Assembly (NCBI GenBank): GCA_040954595.2
Contig: CM082576.2
Coordinates: forward strand, 8,001,129 to 8,065,128
Source of the DNA: Balanoglossus misakiensis
Taxonomy: Eukaryota; Animalia; Hemichordata
DNA: 64,000 nt
Reading direction: 5' to 3'
Part shown: in pieces, positions 61,001-64,000 of the stretch
Position numbering within the stretch: position 1 is the first letter of the stretch
Layout of the letters: every line of letters starts with the position of its first letter
Notes under the pieces: generated by a model
What the model saw: the letters and a program-made list of their open reading frames with translations, nothing else
Database searches by the model: none
What the model was told of the DNA's origin: nothing
Translations under genes and position numbers: made by a program

Positions 61001-62390
61001 CACAGCTCTTATTAGCACTGTTTAACTTTGTCCGCTCGTCCGATCATCTTTCGCGGGGAGACTACACGTAACCCCCCTTTCGGGGGAAAGAGATAATTGG
61101 CCCCGGCAAACAAAAGAGAACGGTGTCTTTCCACCGAGCATCTGTTCGCGCCGAACACCCCGATCTCACCCAAAGGAATCAAGCGTCGCAAGTGGCAGTC
61201 TGCCAATACGTTGCTCATTATAATTGATGAGATATAAACAAACTGTGTTTCCCGGTACTATCAGCTAAAACGGCCAAAAAACTGAACGTCGTTTCTATTT
61301 AAAGATTTGATTCACATTATCAATAACTTACCCCGTCACAATTGAGAGATGACATTTGAAAATGTGTGACTGCATTCAAAACAGGTTGTTGTTGTTATCC
61401 CAGATATTGGGATAGCTCGCCGCCCCCGTGGTTTCTGTGTTCGAATTTAATTTACAACGAGGGAAATAGGGCTTGTAGTATAGCCTTCTACCGTAAGACC
61501 GTAAAAAAGTAATACTACCAAATGACAGCAATTTACAAAACAATATAATTTGAAAATATGGTAGAATTCGACATTTAGTAAGTATGACATCGAATATTTC
61601 GCTTCTAATGTCACATGACAATATTATGTTCGCTGCAGCGTTTGCGGATTAATGTTTTACACATTGATGTTTACCTTCCGACGGCAATCGATATTTCACT
61701 GCGGGAATCGCAAAATGTCACCGTTAGTAGGTCTGCGCTTTGGATTGAATTTAAAATATATCTTTTCTGTTTAACGGCCATTTTCAAAATGTACGCTTGC
61801 ATTTTATTGCCTTCTGCGTCACTAAGAGTTTCGCACAAGCCCGAGTTTCAATCGGCTTCTGTCAAACACAGCTTTTTTCAAGTAAAAAATCCGTTTTCTT
61901 GTTTTCTGTGGCGGTCCGTTACCAGCCGTAGACGTCTCCCGCCGGAGCTTCACTGATACCTTTCTGCCGGAGCAGCAGAATGCCGCTGACTCGGAAAGCA
62001 TTGTGTGGGAACCGTTTGTGCACCTCCGCTCGTAGTATCGGGTTCTGCTCCACACTGCTCCCCTGGAGCCCGTTGCGCGGATCTGTGACATCGCTCGGCA
62101 GACTCAGTTCCGGGGTTCCATCCTTTATGAGCACCTCTTGGGATGAAAATAAACGCCGGTTGCCGGCTTTGTTTGCCTACAAAACACCTGCGTATGTGGA
62201 TTAAGATAAAGTGTTTCACCGACAATATTTTCATTTATATGCAGAAATATTGTATCATACAAATTTGAGTCACGGTTCGCTGTTTGACGCGTTACCGCAA
62301 ATGTTGCTGTCCTGTTTAGTTCAAATGACCAAGTATTTTTTCAAGCGGCTGATAATCGTTAGTATTTGGCCAACAGATCAGCAATCATAG

Positions 62391-62701
62391 ATGGATTTGT
62401 GGGTGGGTGATTGGATGGATGGATGGCTGGGTGAATGGAAGGATGGATGGATGGAAGAAAAAATGGCAAGAAAGAAAGAAAGAATGAACGAACGAACGAA
62501 CGAACGAATGAATGAATGAAAGAATGAATGAATGAATGAATGAATGAATGAGAGAATGAATGAATGAATGAATGAATGAATGAATGAATGAATGAATGAA
62601 TGAATGAATGAATGAATGAATGAATGAATGAATGAATGAATGAATGGGTTGGTGGTTGGGTGGGTGGGTGGGTCGGATGAGCTGGTGGGTGTGAATGGAT
62701 T
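62391..62701. repeat. Compound microsatellite (GGAT)n-(GAAA)n-(GAAC)n-(GAAT)n-(GGGT)n
   Basis: Directly visible. Confidence 0.95.
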
Positions 62702-64000
62702 GCCCGTTGGACGGATTGACGCTGATTGACAAAACTGACACCAGATACAACCTTCAAGGTTGACTGGATGGACTGGTCGTCGGATGGTTAATTAATATCT
62801 CCACAAAGTGTGGCGAATGCAGTAAACTGGAAATATTATAAATATATGTTATTGGAAAGATATAAACACCCGCGGTGAAAGTATCAGTAACTTGTCCTCG
62901 GTTGCCATGTCGACAGACATTGCCTTGGCAACACAGAAAACAACTGCACTCGAGTTTGATGGACATGATGAAGTATCTTGGTATCATCTTCCAAATTTCC
63001 TGGCTGTGACGTCTTCATGAAAGACGAATCCAGGCAACACGCGCGTGGCGTATCAAGCGTTCAGAAAGAAAAGCTTTGGTCGGGTCGTGTGTCAAGATAG
63101 TGCGGAATTGTCTTTAAAACGATATAAACATGCATGGATAAGCGTTTGACTACAACCACTGCAACAGTTTGGCAAATTTCTGCCACTTCATGATTCGGAT
63201 CGAAGTTTCCACGCATATTCTCGTTTTAAAAGTCAGTGGCGAACCCATGCGTACAACCGATAACATATATTTATGGAGAAACTTAAAATGCGATACCGTA
63301 CCATTTAACATTCGAATACGAGCGACGGCATGTAAATAGTGGCAGGCGATTTTTTGCTAATCCATTTTTCTGTCAATTTTCCACGTTGAAACTGACCTGT
63401 CGCCCTACAAAAATATCCTTCCTGGGAGGTGGCCTTTGTAGGCACGGTCTTCTGTCAACATGTCTGAAGCGATACAAGCCAAGCTTAATTCCAAAGTTAA
63501 GTGCACTCGGGTCTGTTTTCCCTTTCTCTATGAATTCGATATGATATTGTAGTGTCTTTCGATACTCAACTTGTTTGTTTTTCTGTGTCAACGGAGTGCA
63601 GGGCGTATCGTATCGCGTCAGCCAACGGCTTTGATTATTTGGCCTAGGGACATACGCTGCACACAGTTGCCTAAATAGCGGTATTGAAATTTTTTACGCC
63701 GGGATACTTCCACATCGCCAAGACTAAACATTTTGCTAAGAAAGACAATCCAAACAAATCGTTACTCTGGCCAGTGTAAGTGATCGCCCAAACACGGCTC
63801 ATATATTGTCGTTAAAGTTTTGCTAGTATCGCGTTTTATTAAGATTCTTTACGCGGCCTCTGGGGTTCTGTTTGGATAATATTTTTTCCTGCGTGGTGGT
63901 TGGGGCACTCCACACGTCGTCCCGACGGCACGCCCGTTTTGGATGTCAAAAAATTGCATTGCTCATCTCTTGCTATTTTTAAAAAGAGGAAAAACAAATT

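Noticed and set aside
62359-62757. ORFs with HSFI repeats
   Set aside because: Translations of the (GAAT)n microsatellite.
50000-64000. Short ORFs (60-138 aa), tRNA or snRNA genes in the right-hand region
   Set aside because: No recognisable domains, no consistent exon chains, and no A/B-box cloverleaf found by eye. A covariance-model scan would be needed to exclude ncRNAs.

Overview
Eukaryotic (metazoan, probably an invertebrate deuterostome judged from gene content; not provable here), AT-rich, intron-containing genomic DNA. The first ~50 kb is a compact gene cluster: BANF1 (-) head-to-head with EIF1AD (+), an unrecognised 3-exon gene (-) head-to-head with BRMS1/BRMS1L (+), TDRD9/spindle-E (+), claspin (+), an SLC38A6-like amino-acid transporter (-) and MNAT1 (-). 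The last ~14 kb has no credible gene and is visibly richer in CpG. Mobile and repeat content: an intact Tc1-like transposon with an unusual DD42E triad in EIF1AD intron 1, a TTAA-flanked non-autonomous (Kolobok-like) element in the last SLC38A intron, a two-variant 80/91-bp minisatellite, and compound microsatellites. Best leads: the DD42E transposase, a stop-free in-frame AT-AC (U12) intron in BRMS1L, vertebrate-like microsynteny that predicts a Six gene just beyond the window, and the orphan gene. Exon boundaries were read by eye; no database search was run.
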